Under the pieces are notes generated by a model. It saw nothing but the letters and a program-made list of their open reading frames with translations. It made no database searches and had not been told where the DNA came from. Position numbers and translations under genes: made by a program. Of a DNA stretch of 64,000 nucleotides, positions 11,159 through 24,594 are shown one piece after another. The DNA comes from Lama glama. Taxonomy: Eukaryota. Where the stretch lies: the NCBI GenBank assembly GCA_028534125.1, contig CM052818.1, positions 9,364,001-9,428,000 of the forward strand, in the 5' to 3' direction. Positions within the stretch are counted from its first letter, which is position 1. Every line of letters begins with the position of its first letter.

Positions 11159-13574
11159 GTAAGTAGCCGCGGCGGCGGCCTGTCTGGGTTCACGGTTTGG
11201 GGTCCCCGCGCCGCTCCCCGGCCTCCCTGGGCTGCCGCGGCCTGCCGGAGGCGACCGCCGAGCCGGGCTGCGTGCGGGCCTAGCGCCCCGGGAAGGTGCG
11301 CGGTGGCGCGGCCGCCGCTGCGTCTTGGGCCCAGCCCGACCCGGTTACCTGGGCGCCCGAGAAAGGGCCGCTGCGGAGCTCTGGCCAGGCCGGGTCTGAG
11401 CGGTCTCAGCTCTCGGAAAGTTTCCTCATTACAGGTGTCAATTAACGAAGGAACTAATGAACCTTCGCCGCCTACGCCCTCCGGAATAGGTGAGGGGAGC
11501 TGGGGTCCGAGGACGCGGCTCTCCTCTGCAGTCTGAACCCTTCGACCCTCCGGCCGCCCTGTTTGAATTTTCGGCGTGCTGCCGAGGCCTCTCTTACCTG
11601 CTAATTTTCATTAAACTCCCTGGGAGGTGGTCGGTGGTTCTCCCCTCCCTTGGGGGTGTGTGGGTATATTAAACCTTTCTGCCAGTCCTTAATTAGCTGA
11701 AAATGAGCTGTAATAGTGATGATTGGAACCCTTATGCCTATTTTTTATATTAGTTAATGTTTCTTTTTTAGTGTGTACCATTCGTCGTTTTAATGATAAA
11801 TTCTGTTATATTAAGGAGAGCACTGTACTACAGCTACCATCCCGGGATAGTCATGGCCTATCTTCTGGAATGAAGGGTCTTATACTTTTGATTATTAAAG
11901 GCTGTACCTTGATCTTTTTTAGTTAGATCCCTTTATTTTATTCCATACCCTTGTAAGATGGTATTCTAGCTTAAAGAAACAAGACATACTGCAAGTTAAC
12001 TACTTCTGGGCCCAAAGGCCTAGTTGGACTAGGTGAATTAGATAAAAGATTAATTTACAAAAAGTTGATGGTTGAGAAGATGCTCATTTACGAACAGCTT
12101 TTGTGGATTTTGGATTTGAGTTTTGTGTGTCATATTTCGAAAGACTTCCAGATTACCTATTTTCTAATACGATTCTTTAAAACAAATTGAGTATAAAATG
12201 TATCGTCTTGTTTGTGTTTGAATATTTACTTTATGTGTTTGAATTTCACTTTAATGATCATAGACAATAGTAAAAAGCAGAATAAAAGTGGAAGGGTTCT
12301 AGTTTACTTTCAGCTCTGTGTTTACTTCCTGACAGGTGGAAGCAGGCTTTTGCACAAATTCAAACTATACTTTCCAATATTTGTGTCATTCTAGATTACT
12401 CTAGAATTTTGTTATTTGTACTTATTTTGAGGTAGTTTTATTTTTGATGTAGGTGGTTTATGATATGGTGATAAACTTAAGTCCTTAGTACTTTTCAGTG
12501 AACCATACTTTAAATATCTCAGATGTAAGTTGTGTGATTATGGCCTTGTTATTCTGAAATTGGAAAATGAATAGCTTTGCTACCTAATATATTAGGAAAA
12601 ACTGCTTATAAGAATTTTGTTGGTGTTTAAAAATTTAAACTTTATGAAAGTTAGTTTTAAACATAATATCTAAAGAAACTATGTTCATCTTTATTTTTTG
12701 AAAAGAGACATAAAGAAAGGTTCAGTTGAGGATTATTTGGAAAACCCCCTAGAGCTTTGTTTGGAAGCACTCAAAAATGCAGTGTATATATAGAGTTAGA
12801 AATGTGGAAAATTGAAGTAGAAGTTAGCTTTTGTTACCATAAATATGGTTATTTGAACCAGGTTCACAAAATCTGCTCGTGCAGACCCTCTAAGAAACCT
12901 GTTTTAATGAACAGATGGCAAAGATTTTCTATTTGTGTATAAGCTTTTGGTCTCTGAAAATACTTAGTTTCTTAATATTTCTTATAAAGCTCAGTTTAAA
13001 AATTTGCCTTTCAAGTACTAATCTGACAATGATGTTTCATTTAAAAAAAATTACTTAAGCAGTTTTATTTGTAGCTTATACCAAGTTGTGACAAGTTGCT
13101 TTCCCCCTCTTCATAGTTGTTTTACAATTGTTTTCATTTTTCCTTTGTGTAGTTCTTGTATCTCAAACATAAGACGCTTAAATTCCTTGAGAGCAGAGGG
13201 TATTACTACGTCTCATTATAGTAGCATTTATCCATGACTGGGTAGGAACCTGGTGGTTGGAACTTGATAAAACTTGTTGAATTAAAATAGGTTATATTTA
13301 AGTCTTTCATGTAATCTCACTCAGAATAATTATGTGTTAAGTCTGTCCTTTTTTCCCCCCATAGATTTTCTAGAGATGAGCTTTATTCATCCTTGATTGG
13401 AAATTCAGAGTTGAAGTCCTAAAATAATGAGCTTAGAATTCATCTCAGTATAACTCCTCATAGCAATAAACTAAGAGAATAAATAAAATTAGAATGTTTT
13501 TAGGTGGTGTGTTTCACATTAATATCAGAAAGATAGAATTATTTTTTAGCTAAAGGCATTTTTTAAAATTTAAT

Positions 13575-13708
13575 TTTATTGTTTTGTTTTGGGGGCAAGT
13601 TAATTAGGTTTATTTATTTATTTATTTTAATGGAAGTACTAGGAATTGAACCCAGGACCTCTAGCATGCTAAGCATGCACTCTACTACTCAACTATACCC
13701 TCCCCCCC
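13575..13708 (-). mobile_element. Vic-1-type SINE
   Basis: Same consensus, with the TAATTAGG tail extension. Confidence 0.88.
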
Positions 13709-14714
13709 AGAATTGTTTTTTAAAAACACAGAAAAGATATTTCTTGTCAAATTTACAAACACTGATCAAACTTAAAGAAGTCTGCCTGGACACACCAATA
13801 AATGTATAACCTAAACATTTTGTTTTTTAAATGAAAAGGTAGACTTAATGTGGATAGTATAGCTTTATATCTGATATGCACAGAGTTTTGATAAGGGTAA
13901 GCGCTTCCAATGAAACATTTATTTTAAAATCTGGCAGAATGTAATACATTTAAAAATCAAAACTGATAACAAAAGCTAATAAATAGCTTCCTTTTGTTAC
14001 CAGTTTTTGATGAGAGTGTAAAATTACCAGTTATACCTCTAGTCCTGCTGAGAATCTGAAGCTCTGGGCATGGAAACACAGGTATATAGACAATTTTGCC
14101 GGCAGGTTAAGGGCTCATTGATCAGGCTAAGGACTCCATAGAATCTTCTCATTCTTTTTTTTAGTATGGTCTTGACAGGTATCCTAAAGCTTGAAATTAT
14201 ATTTCCAAATAGCATTTTGTTTTAGTGTTAGAATTACCAGTCTGAACAACAGTAACATTTGAGTTTTCATATTCTTTTCAGTGCTTCTTTGTGGAAGACA
14301 TTTTAAAAGCATGGAGTGTATTGAGTGAATTTTGCTACTATCACTTTGTGGGGTTGCATTCAGCTTAGAAGATGATTTTAAGTTTATATTCCTTTGTTCT
14401 GTTGAGTTTTATGTATTTGCTGCTTTTATAGGTTCTTTTGTGAACTAGTTTACTAAGTCTAAAGCATTTCTTGATGTTGATGAGAAGCTGGAGGCCTGAA
14501 GTTACGTTTTGAGTCATCCCCATAGCTAGCTTAGTAGTAAATTGAGGTCACTTTTTGCCTTGGTGAGGTAAATTTCACTGAGAGCAGAGGGAAAATGGCT
14601 TTAAACGTGCACCCATCTTTTAAACCATTTGTATGTTGTGGATTTTATTCTACGTGTGTGTTTAGTGAATTACACTTTACCAGATGTCTTAAATGGGAAA
14701 TTCATTTCTTTCCT

Positions 14715-15050
14715 AACTATCCTTTGAGATGGACAGGAGCAAGTTATTAGTACCTCAATTTTAAAGGTGAAGAAATTGAACATCAGAAAGACTAAGTGGT
14801 TTGCTGAAGATCACCTGTCACCTGCTTAGTAGTCACGCCAAGCTAGATATTCTGATATCAGTATTTGCAGAATAATCCTGTCTGCACTTTTTTTAAAGAA
14901 TACTTTATTGAGCAATTGTGTTGGGAACTTTATCAATTCTTTTAGATAGATACTCTGTCACCCTTTTTAGATAAGAGAACCAAGGCTTGGAGTTTACATA
15001 ACTTGTTTAGCGTCACATTTTATTTGGTGGAGTCAGGATTTGAACAGAAC
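14715..15050 (-). mobile_element. Two adjacent MIR fragments
   Basis: ATTTTAAAGGTGAAGAAATTGAA...AAGATCAC and TTTTAGATAAGAGAACCAAGGC...GGAGTCAGGATTTGAAC cores. Confidence 0.65.
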
Positions 15051-15405
15051 TTAATCCCAGGTCAAGCTAAGAGCCTTTGCTTTTTAACAGTTGTGTTATG
15101 CTATATAAACTTTGTGATGTTCTATTCAAATAGAACATATTATGGGTACACTGGTAAAATAAAAAATTACTAAATTTTTGTGTATTTTCACAAACTAGAG
15201 CATAATTCTTCGGTAATTTGTAGGAAGAATTTAGAGTGATGGTAGATGTAGCTGAATGGGAATCTATCGAAGTATCTTAATATTGTCAACAGTGACCTCT
15301 TGACACATTTCTAGGGTTTAAGATATAAGTATGTAGGTACGAAATAATCGTTTGTAATATAACTTTTTTAGGTAGACATTTAATACTAAAATTTGAACTA
15401 ATTCT

Positions 15406-15503
15406 TTTTTTTTTTTTTGGTTACTGGAGGTCCTAGGGATTGAACCCAGGACTTCGTGCATGCTAAACATGTACTCTACCTCTGAGTTATACCCTCTACT
15501 CCC
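15406..15503 (-). mobile_element. Vic-1-type SINE
   Basis: Consensus match, with flanking TGAACT(A/G)ATTCTT duplication. Confidence 0.88.
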
Positions 15504-16472
15504 CTGAACTGATTCTTAAAATTAGAAATTTGATTTTACTACAAAACAAAGTCCCAAATTATGGTTTTTTACTTGTTAAATCTTGCTAAGTCTGTATTCT
15601 CTTAAAACAGGTAATATTTCACATAATGTTTTTCAAAGATAATAGCATTCACAATTTCAACTCATATCTTTATAAAGTAACTGATATGCCATCAAGCCCT
15701 ACAGTGCGTAGATTATTAACATGCAGACTGTCAAATGGAAAGTAACCTTTAAAAATTATGTAAAAATTTTAAAAATACGCAGTTTATCTACATTATCAAT
15801 GATAACAATTGATACCTACCTTTAGCAATATATTCATAAAACATGTTAATTTTTTATAAGTTTAATAATAGTAATATCTGTGTATCTACAAGTATTTCTT
15901 ATGTGTGGATTGAATATGTATTAATAAGAATTGGTATTTTTCCAGAAAGAGGAAGTCAGAAACTTTTCAATAATGATTTGACTAGGGTGTGACAGACCAT
16001 TGCCAAATGGGATGGGCTACCTTTCTCTTTTTCACTTACTTTAATTTTTCCTAATTATAAAGGTTTCATATTTTTATCATAGATGTATTAAGAACTGTTG
16101 AAGTTTAAGTCACCCATAATCTTACCATCCAGTGGTGATTCCTGTTGATGCTTTGAAGTATTTTTCCATTTTATTTTTGTGTGCACATTTACATTTTTAA
16201 AATTGAGATAAATGTGCTTTAATGTCTAACTTGTTTCACCTAACATTGTTTGATCATTTCCCTTAACTTTTAAAAAAAACATATTTTTGTCTGTATAATA
16301 TTCCAATTTGTGTACAACTTAATATTTCCCTATTGTATGTTTGTTTCCAGTTCTTCCGTATTATAAATAATGCTGCAAATGAACATCCTGGTGTATAAAT
16401 CTTGTAATTACATCACTGGTTTTTGAGACAGATTTCTAGAACTGATTACTGTTTCAAAAATATAGATATTTT

Positions 16473-16583
16473 GGAGGGGAGCGTAAAGCTCAGTGGTTGA
16501 GTGCCTGCTTAGCATGCATGAGCTCCTGGGTTCACTCCCCAATACCTCCATTAAAATAAATAAATCTAATTACACTCCCCCAA
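16473..16583 (+). mobile_element. Vic-1-type SINE
   Basis: GCTCAGTGGTTGAGTGCCTGCTTAGCATGCATGAG...GGGTTCACTCCCCAATACCTCC. Confidence 0.88.
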
Positions 16584-16959
16584 ATATGTATATATATATA
16601 TATATGGGTATTTTTGTTTATATTGTCAAATTACCTTCCAGGAAAGATACACTGATTTCCATTCTTTCAGCAGCACTCTTACTTGTGTTGAATATTTTGG
16701 CAAAAAAAATGTAATAACAATTACTAGTAAGTTTAAACACTCATATTTTTATTGGCTATTTGCATTTCTTATTTAATGCATTGCCTGCTTTCTTTTCCCA
16801 CTCTTTAGGTTTTAATGTTTTGTATTATAAATACATTGTTCACTTTTTAAGTTTATCAATCCTGGCTTATATTCATCACGTACTTTTTTTTCCTACTTTT
16901 TTGTTTGCTTTTTCATTTTGGTATTTTTGATTATAGATTTTTCAGAGATGCAGCTTCTT

Positions 16960-17370
16960 CAGAGTTGTCTGTCTAAAACACTATATGTGATTATCATATT
17001 GCCTGCTTAACCCGTCATAGCTTTTCATTGCCTGAAGAATTAAGTCCTAATTTCATAGCCTGGCATATACTCTGTATCATAGCACAGTTTGGCTCAAACC
17101 CATCTTTCTAGCTTCACCTTTCACTTTTTTGGTGAAGCTTTCCCAAATCTTTTCCCAAAGTCTCTTGTAAAATGACTTTATACCCTTTAGTTTAGAATAC
17201 ATACTTAGGTTATAGTTACCATCCCCCCCCCCTTTTTTTTTTAAACAACAGCCTCCCTTGCTGGATGGTGAATTTCTTAGTCAGGGGCTGTATTTTGGTT
17301 ATTCTTTTCCTAGTCCTAATACAGTGTCTTGTAGAGAGTAGGTGCTCAGTAAACATTGCAGTTAATGAAA
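16960..17370 (+). mobile_element. L2 3' fragment
   Basis: Ends with ACAGTGTCTTGTAGAGAGTAGGTGCTCAGTAAACATTG, a typical L2 terminus. Confidence 0.7.
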
Positions 17371-19399
17371 AGTTTTTGTAGAAGAATGTGATTACCTAGT
17401 TAAGTCAGTGTTCTTGGGCCTATAGTAGTAGTGATTTAGATATGAGAGTTTCTGGATGAATTATGCTATAGCTGCAAATTGTATATTGCTTTTTTTATAA
17501 ATCAGTAAGTATATGCTTACAAAAAATATCCACCCTATGTTTTAAAGTAATAGGCAGTGCAAAAAGGCAAAAACTTTTCTACTTAGTTGGTGAGATTTGG
17601 GTCTGTGGGATAAAATTTGGCTAAATGACTTTTATTCAGGACTTTATATACCAGGAAAATGATTGGACTTTTATTAATCTTTTAATATGATTAACTACTG
17701 TTAATGTTATTTTTCTCTCAAATTCCATAGAAATTAAAAACAGTCTCCAAATATATGTTACTCAGTTGAGAATTGGTATAGTATAAACCTGGCTTCCTCT
17801 TGCACTTTCTTTGCTGTGATGGAGACAGGTATCTCTTTCTGTCCTGGCCATAACCTCTTCTAGAGACCTTATCTAGCTTACATCCCTGAAAGGCCTTCTC
17901 TCTAGCCATTTATTGCTGATTGGATTCCACACAGACTCCTGACCTGGTGGATTGGTGGGGCTGTTGTCCATCAATCAGATTTTTCCTGTTGTTTGAACTA
18001 AAGAGTCAGGTAGCTGTGAGAAGCTAAACTAGAGTGAGTGCTTTGGCAAGCTGATGTGAAGGAGCAGAAACATGGAGCAAGTGGAGGAGGCTGTTCGCAA
18101 AAGAGAACTGGGGCAAATTTATGGGAAGAGTTGACATTGAAACTCTGTAAAGAGATAGAAGGCAATACTCTGGTGGCTTTCTAAGGGTCAACCTAGAGCT
18201 CATTTTGAACTGTCTCCCCTGTACATACCATTTGAATTAATGTGCAACCAAAAGAGTTTTGATTCCAGTGTTGCCCCATTGAGCTTTCCTGTATTGGAGA
18301 TTAGGTATAATCTTTAGCTGTGAGTGCTTCATTATAATCCGGCTTACTGTCTTGCAACATGTTGGGCAAGGGTCATCTGTAGTGTCTGGTGACAGGAAAA
18401 AACTTAGGAACCCCTGTTGTTGCTTACTCATCTCCTTACCCGGGTGTTCTTTTCAAAAGAATGAAAATAGCTTTGTTCTTTCTCATTTTAAAAGGGATAC
18501 TTGCTTTTATAGAAAATAATCAGATAGTACAGAAAATAATACAGAAGAAAATTAAGGTAACCTGAAATTCTGCTCACCAAAGAAATCGTTCAGGTTTTGG
18601 TGAAAATCTCTTAAATCATTCTTTTCTCCCTTTCCTTAGACACACTATTTTATGTAAATAAACTAAGTACATGTTATTCTATATCGTTTTTATTAATAAG
18701 ATGTAGGTGCCTTTCAATGGTAATAGGCATTTATATTATCATTTTCAGTGGCTTCAGTGTAGTATTCCATTATTTGGTCATACTGTAACTTAACCAGTCC
18801 TCTGTTGATGGGCATTTGGGTTATATAACTTTGTGTAATTGTTTATTACCTTGAATATATGTATAGTCTCTGAAATCAGATGCTGAGTAGCTCATACTGG
18901 CAATATGTTAAAATTTAAAAAATTACCCTTCTAACATCAGAGCATGAGTGTAGAGGCTTCATAATCTTAAAGTGTTTATTTTGACTCCTAAGTCTGTTGG
19001 TGCTGTTTTAGCAATATACTGATTCTAAACCACCAGAAGACAAAATAGGCAGGTACTTTTTATTCTAGGGAACTTTGCTCCCAGACTCATGAACCTTATT
19101 CTGATTATTGAGAAAGGCTCAGAAACCAATGGTAAATGTAGAAGTGTAAGAGCTCAGAATAAATTGAGACTTAAGAAAATGCTTAAGACAGTAGGACTTT
19201 TCAGGTTGTGTTCAAAGTAAGATAAATAAGGATACAGTGGACCCACTGCTTGGTAGAGTGGTATAACAGAGGGTGGTGGTCAGCAGAATGTTGTTTTATT
19301 CACCCAATACTTTGTTACCATTTTGCTTTCTAAGAGGATCCCTAAACCCTCATGATAAAGCATATATTAAAAGGGACTCTAACCTCCAGATTGATGAGG

Positions 19400-20220
19400 A
19401 ATACGAGAGCTTTGTTAGTGGTGATAAGAGTCAAAAATCTTCAGGTCTGGGCAGATTCCTTCCAGCGAAGGTGATAGAACTATGGTTGTGTGTGATTATA
19501 AACCTTTACCTTTTAAGTTTCCTGAAAAACAGAAATTGGCAAGTATTGTCTTAGGTTAGCTCCCCCAACCCCTCATCAGTTTGGGAACTCTAAGAGAAAC
19601 TTGACCACTATTAATCTGTAAAGAATGAAGGGATAGTGAAAAATTGATGTGGCACTTGTAAATAACTTATGTTAAGTCAGTCTCATTTTTTTTTCTTTGA
19701 TCTAGAAATCAAAATGTGGAGATGGTATTTTGATTACAGCAAGGCACTTGACAGAATCAGAAGCTGTCCTTGTGGGAAAAATGAGATGTGGGGTTTTTTT
19801 TTTGTTTTTTTTTTTTGGATCAACTTGGAGGACATCACTAGTGGCATGCCACAGGATCTTGTCCGTAATTCTTTTCCTCTTCGAGATTTTCAGCAATGGT
19901 CTTTGATTTATAAATGATTCCTTGGAATGAAATTGTTCCTGTTTCAGTGGAGTGAATGCGACTTTGGAATCTCTTTCCTTGTTTTGGAATGAAAAACTCA
20001 TTTTGATTTGTTTTGCAAATTGGGGTTCACGTAAGATTTCTTCTGAGGAGAGAAGGGTATAGCAGCTTTATAAATAGCTTGAAAGCTGTTGACAATACTG
20101 ATGCTCAAAAAGCCAACACAAAGTGAAACTCTTCAAGTATTCTAAGTATCATGCTCAGATTACAGGAGGTAGTAGTGCATTGCTCATGCAGTTGAAACAC
20201 TGTGTTGAATTATCTATAAC
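19400..20220 (+). mobile_element. L3/CR1 LINE reverse-transcriptase fragment
   Basis: Decayed RT motifs in the ORF track: KSSGLGR (~KSPGPDG), YFDYSKALD (~YLDFSKAFD), ITSGMPQDLV (~VTSGVPQGSV). Confidence 0.75.
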
Positions 20221-21851
20221 ACAATGATAATCTCCTTCTAAGTTATTTGAATACTGTGCAATTTCACATTTCTTCTTGGGACCTCACAAAAATCTGAGAA
20301 ATCATGAGAAATAACGATGATTTGGCCAAGGTTACACAGCTAATAAGTAGTAGAGCTAGGACTACTAGACTTTAGTTCTTATTTCTACTCAGTATACTTT
20401 ATACTGTTTTTGTTTTTTATTTCATTCTTTTTTTTTTTTTAAGAGGAGTTTGACTATGGGAGTTGGGAATCTCATGAAAAACTGTTAAAGAAAGTATAGG
20501 GAAATTAATTCTGGCTAAAGTGAGTTAGGCAAGGTTTCAAGGAAAATGGAAGGTTGAACTGGGCCTTTACCTGGAACAGTTGCTAGGAATGAGGGGAGTA
20601 GAATAGTTTACCATGATTTGTGGGACTCTGCATGACACATAGCCACTGCTAACCTCATTCCTTGCTTGCTTTGCTTTCTTTCAGTAATGTTCTTTATTGC
20701 CTCTGAGCCTTTATTTATGCCTGGAGCTTAAATCACCTTGCCTTTGTTTTTTTCAGAGTGGCTTTTTTTGAACATCCAATCAAGAGTAGTTCTGATTCTT
20801 ACCCTTCATAGCACTTATTATAGTTTATTTTCTTGTTTAATGTCTTTTTGTTATGTAAGACTACAATACAAGTTCTATGGTTGCAACTATCTTATATTAA
20901 CTAAGTTTCACTGTGCCTGCATACACTAGGGTCACTACGTATCTGTTAAAATATCTGAAAAATCTTAAGATCACTGTTGGGGGGTAATGGAACAGAAGAT
21001 GAGGATAGGCTGAAGGTGGTGGTTTTTCCTGTTTTCTCAGTTTTTTGGGGGATATTTCAACTGCTGTCAATCACTGCTTTTGTGATGTCTTGCTCACCAC
21101 CTCCCTTCATAAAAAGGTGCTTCATTGATTTTTATTTTTTAAAAAAACCTTACTTTATCAAGTTTTTTTTTTTAAATGTTTGAGTGTCCATTGATATTAA
21201 CACCTATGGATTGAAAATTTAAGATTGGGAGTTAACTTTTTGAACCCAAGTTAGAACTCTGTTGCAAGGACTAGAAAGAAGAAACATCCTATTTGGCAGA
21301 AACAAAATGGATTTTTTTTAAAGCTATAACTAAGCAGTCCAGATATGGATTATCTTTGGGTGTGGTCTGTTCTTAATCTACAGATTTGTAACATCATTTT
21401 CTGTGGCTTGCTTTGCTCTGCTTTTGACCTTAGTTTGTCCCTTCTTATAGTAGCGGAAATGGCTACTGCACACTATCTTTCTACCACACCATTTGAAAGT
21501 CACATATTTATACTATGCAGAGAAGAAAAGAGACTCTTCTGAAACCTACTGTACAAAAACAAAGAAGCTTCTTTTTCCAAAACCTTGTTAGCAGATGGCA
21601 CTTTGTAGATCATTGGCCCATATATCATTTGCCTTATTCCTAAAATAGAGTTCAAAGAGGATGGATTTTGCTTGGCTTAAACTAATGACCTATTCCTGAA
21701 GCTGATCCCACTCAAACCTCATAGCTAAAAAAAAGTTAGGTGTTTCCCAAAAAGAAATTTGGCATGTTGTGGTTATGAAGAAGGAAAGATTGTTTTTGGA
21801 CAGCAAGCACACAGCTATGTAGTACATGGTGCTATATTGAGAGCCCCCCCC

Positions 21852-22272
21852 TTTTTTGCAGTTGTCTAATTTTATTTCACAGTCAGCAGTTAGTTCTCAT
21901 CCACATTGACTGTAAATTTTTTGAAGTGGTGACAGATACCTAGATAACCAACATAAAGAGTTCATTCATTGAGTCTTTATCCTTTTGTGTTTTCTGGATA
22001 ACCGCACACACATACAGTATGGGACATTCCTTGTTCCTTTGGCCCATACTGCTTTGGTGTTAAATGTGCACATCTAGAAATCCCATCTCCTTCATGGCAG
22101 ATTTCAGGATCTCTTTCAGTGTTTGAAAGGCACACCTCTTGAAGCTCATTCTGTGGATGCACTTGTGCATGTTGATTGTGTAGTCTCTGTTCCCTAACCA
22201 GGATGGTTGAATGGCCCTGGTTCCCTCCAGCCTTCTCTGTGGGAGCCATTATGCTGGGTCCAGGTTGGAAAA
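21852..22272 (-). pseudogene. RPL31: Processed pseudogene of ribosomal protein L31
   Basis: Minus strand carries a pyrimidine-rich 5'UTR (TTTTCCAACCTGGAC), ATG GCT CCC at 22249, and an intronless frameshifted CDS ending ...NLQ/VNVDEN* (stop 21890-21892). AATAAA at 21871-21876 and a short A tail follow. Confidence 0.9.
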
Positions 22273-22479
22273 TTGAAAGCCATTTCTTAGCATATTTACT
22301 GAATTGATTATTATTTTTGTGTCTTACCTTAACTCTTTATGTTTAAATACCTTTTTCAGTATATAACAAATATATTGAATGTTTAATATGTGTAAAGCAT
22401 TGTGCTGGACACTGTCAGGTGTAGAAATAAATTCATTTAGATGTCTATCTACCGTTAAGGTTAGAGTACAATACAGATG

Positions 22480-22710
22480 AGGCCGTAGGATGGTAGTTGA
22501 GAGAGTGAACTCTGTAACTGGACAGACCTCAGTTCAATTCCTGTTTCTGTCATTTATTAAATCTCTAGCTTTGTTTAAGTTCCCTAATCTCTTAGTGCCT
22601 TTTTTCTTGGAAATGAGGCTGATAATGCCTTAAATAATACTTTACAGGGATTTTGTGAAGATTAAATAAGAAAATGCATATCAACTCTTAACACAGTGCC
22701 AGCCTATGAA
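22480..22710 (+). mobile_element. MIR SINE
   Basis: CAGACCTCAGTTCAATTCCTGTTTCTG...GTGAAGATTAAATAAG...CTTAACACAGTGCC. Confidence 0.75.
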
Positions 22711-22891
22711 ATATACAAAAACCAATGGTATGGGAAGAAAAGTGGTAAATTCCATTAAAATATATATATAGCTGAAGTGCAGTGAGAGCAACTTAGTCTT
22801 CAAAGATTGGAGAAGGCTTCATGAAATTGATAGAATTTAAGTTGATCTTTGAGCAATTTTTGAATGACTGGAATTGGAGAAATGGTTATTT

Positions 22892-23039
22892 TTTGCTTTT
22901 AACATTTTTTTATTGAGTTACAGTCATTTTACAATGTTGTGTCAAATTCCAATGTAGAGCACAATTTTTCAGTTATACAGATAGATATACATAACATGAA
23001 CATTCATATATTCATTGTCACATTTTTTTTTCACTGTGA
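22892..23039 (-). mobile_element. Short young L1 3' end with 15-bp TSD
   Basis: TATTGAGTTACAGTCATTTTACAATGTTGTGTCAAATTCC. TSD GAGAAA(T/C)GGTTATTT at 22877-22891 and 23040-23054. Confidence 0.8.
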
Positions 23040-24594
23040 GAGAAACGGTTATTTAAGGAAAAATAATTTTGTGATAATAGTAAACATAGTTGGTCTTTCT
23101 TGAAACTTCACAAAGAGTTGCCTCTGGTTTTATTTCCTTCTATTTCCTCCAGGGTCTTGCTCTTCAGCTCTTTTTCTTCTTCAGTGTCTTAAGCTCTCAA
23201 GCTTCACAGGTCACCAGTGTCCTCCTGTTTATCAAAGAAAATGGAGAGATTTTCTTTGACCAGGGCTTTCTCTTTCTATTTCACTTTCTTTTTTCCTGCT
23301 TATGGATGTAATGTATATGATCATTGTAGAAAGCTTCGGGAATAGACAAGTAAAAACATTCATAATTACATTGTTAAAACTTTGGTATATATCATTCCAG
23401 CTAATTTTCTGTGAATATAAAAAAATTGAGGTCATATGTACTGTCTATGAGCATTTTCTCATATCCTTGTGTATATCTATCTGAGAACAGAATTTAGTGG
23501 CAGCCTACTTTTAGTGTTTTGAATGTAACACATATTTAACTAGTGTTTTTCTGTGAATAAAAAAAAGTTAAGTATCCTTTAGCATAGAAATATGGGTCAT
23601 GTCCAGGATCAAAAGGTAAAAACTTCTAAGACTTCTGATTGCTAAATTGTCTTCCAGAAGGGTTATACTAATTTATACTCCAACAGCAGTATTTGAGAGT
23701 GCCTGTTTATTTGGATTAGATATTTTTGAAAATCCATATAGTAGGGAAAAAAAGGATATAGTCACTATCCTAAACTGTTTGGTTCTTGCAAGAGTTCAGA
23801 TATTGAGGATTATTGCATTATTTGTATTGACATTTGATTCCTGAGTTCTAATAATGAATAGTTTGTTGTTATTTAGAAAGACTTTTCCCACTCTGAGATC
23901 AGATATGCAATTTATTTTTTTCTAGTTTTTATGATTTAATTTTTAATTCACCTGGAATTTATTTTGGTGTAAGTTATGAAGTGGATCTAACATTAGTTTT
24001 CCAAGTGGATCTAACATTAGTTTTCTGAACTATTACTCATTGATCTTAGCATCCATCTTTTTTCCTCACTGTTTTGATATGCCACCTCTGTCTTACACAG
24101 AATTCTTTTTTTTAAATATACAGTTCTTGAATATATTCCTGGAGGTTTGTCTGTAAGGTTTTTATTGTTTAATTAATCGTTTGGCTTTAATTTAGTCGTT
24201 TGATATATTTTAGTACCTAATGCTATTAAACCAAATAGCTAGTGAAGAATGCTATTAAACCCAACAGCTAGTGAAGAGTTATTTATTCCTTGAAATAAAA
24301 CTTCAGAATCCTTTGGTGTTGCCCTTTTCTTCCCTCATTCTATTGTAATTTTTATTGAAGTTACATGATGTTTATCAGAGCATGAGTTGACATCTTACGG
24401 TATGGATTCTGCCACTTCAGGAAGCATACTGTGTTTTCCCATTCACGTAATCTTCTCTGTTTCTCTGTGAAATTTTGTAGATTTTTTCCTTTATGTGGAT
24501 TCTGCACGTTTCCTTAATATTTATTTCTAAGGATTTAAAATTTTTGTTCTTACTGTAAGTGGATTTTCACACACATTTATCATTATTTATTTTA

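Larger units (their letters stand above)
9960..11590. promoter_or_regulatory. CpG-island promoter of USP34, probably bidirectional
   Basis: Abrupt GC- and CpG-rich block in AT-rich DNA, spanning exon 1. GC boxes (GGGCGGGG ~10504, ~10541), ETS-like CTTCCGG (~10476) and YY1-type motifs (10016-10025, 10417-10426, 10747-10757). Confidence 0.93.

Noticed and set aside
10093..11536. Many overlapping 60-150 aa ORFs on both strands in the CpG island
   Set aside because: Stop-poor GC-rich DNA gives Pro/Arg/Gly/Ala low-complexity ORFs with no recognisable domain. Only 11116-11158 fits a splice-consistent gene.
23979..24276. CRISPR-like repeats of 24-29 bp
   Set aside because: Only two adjacent copies each, with no spacers, no cas genes and a eukaryotic context.
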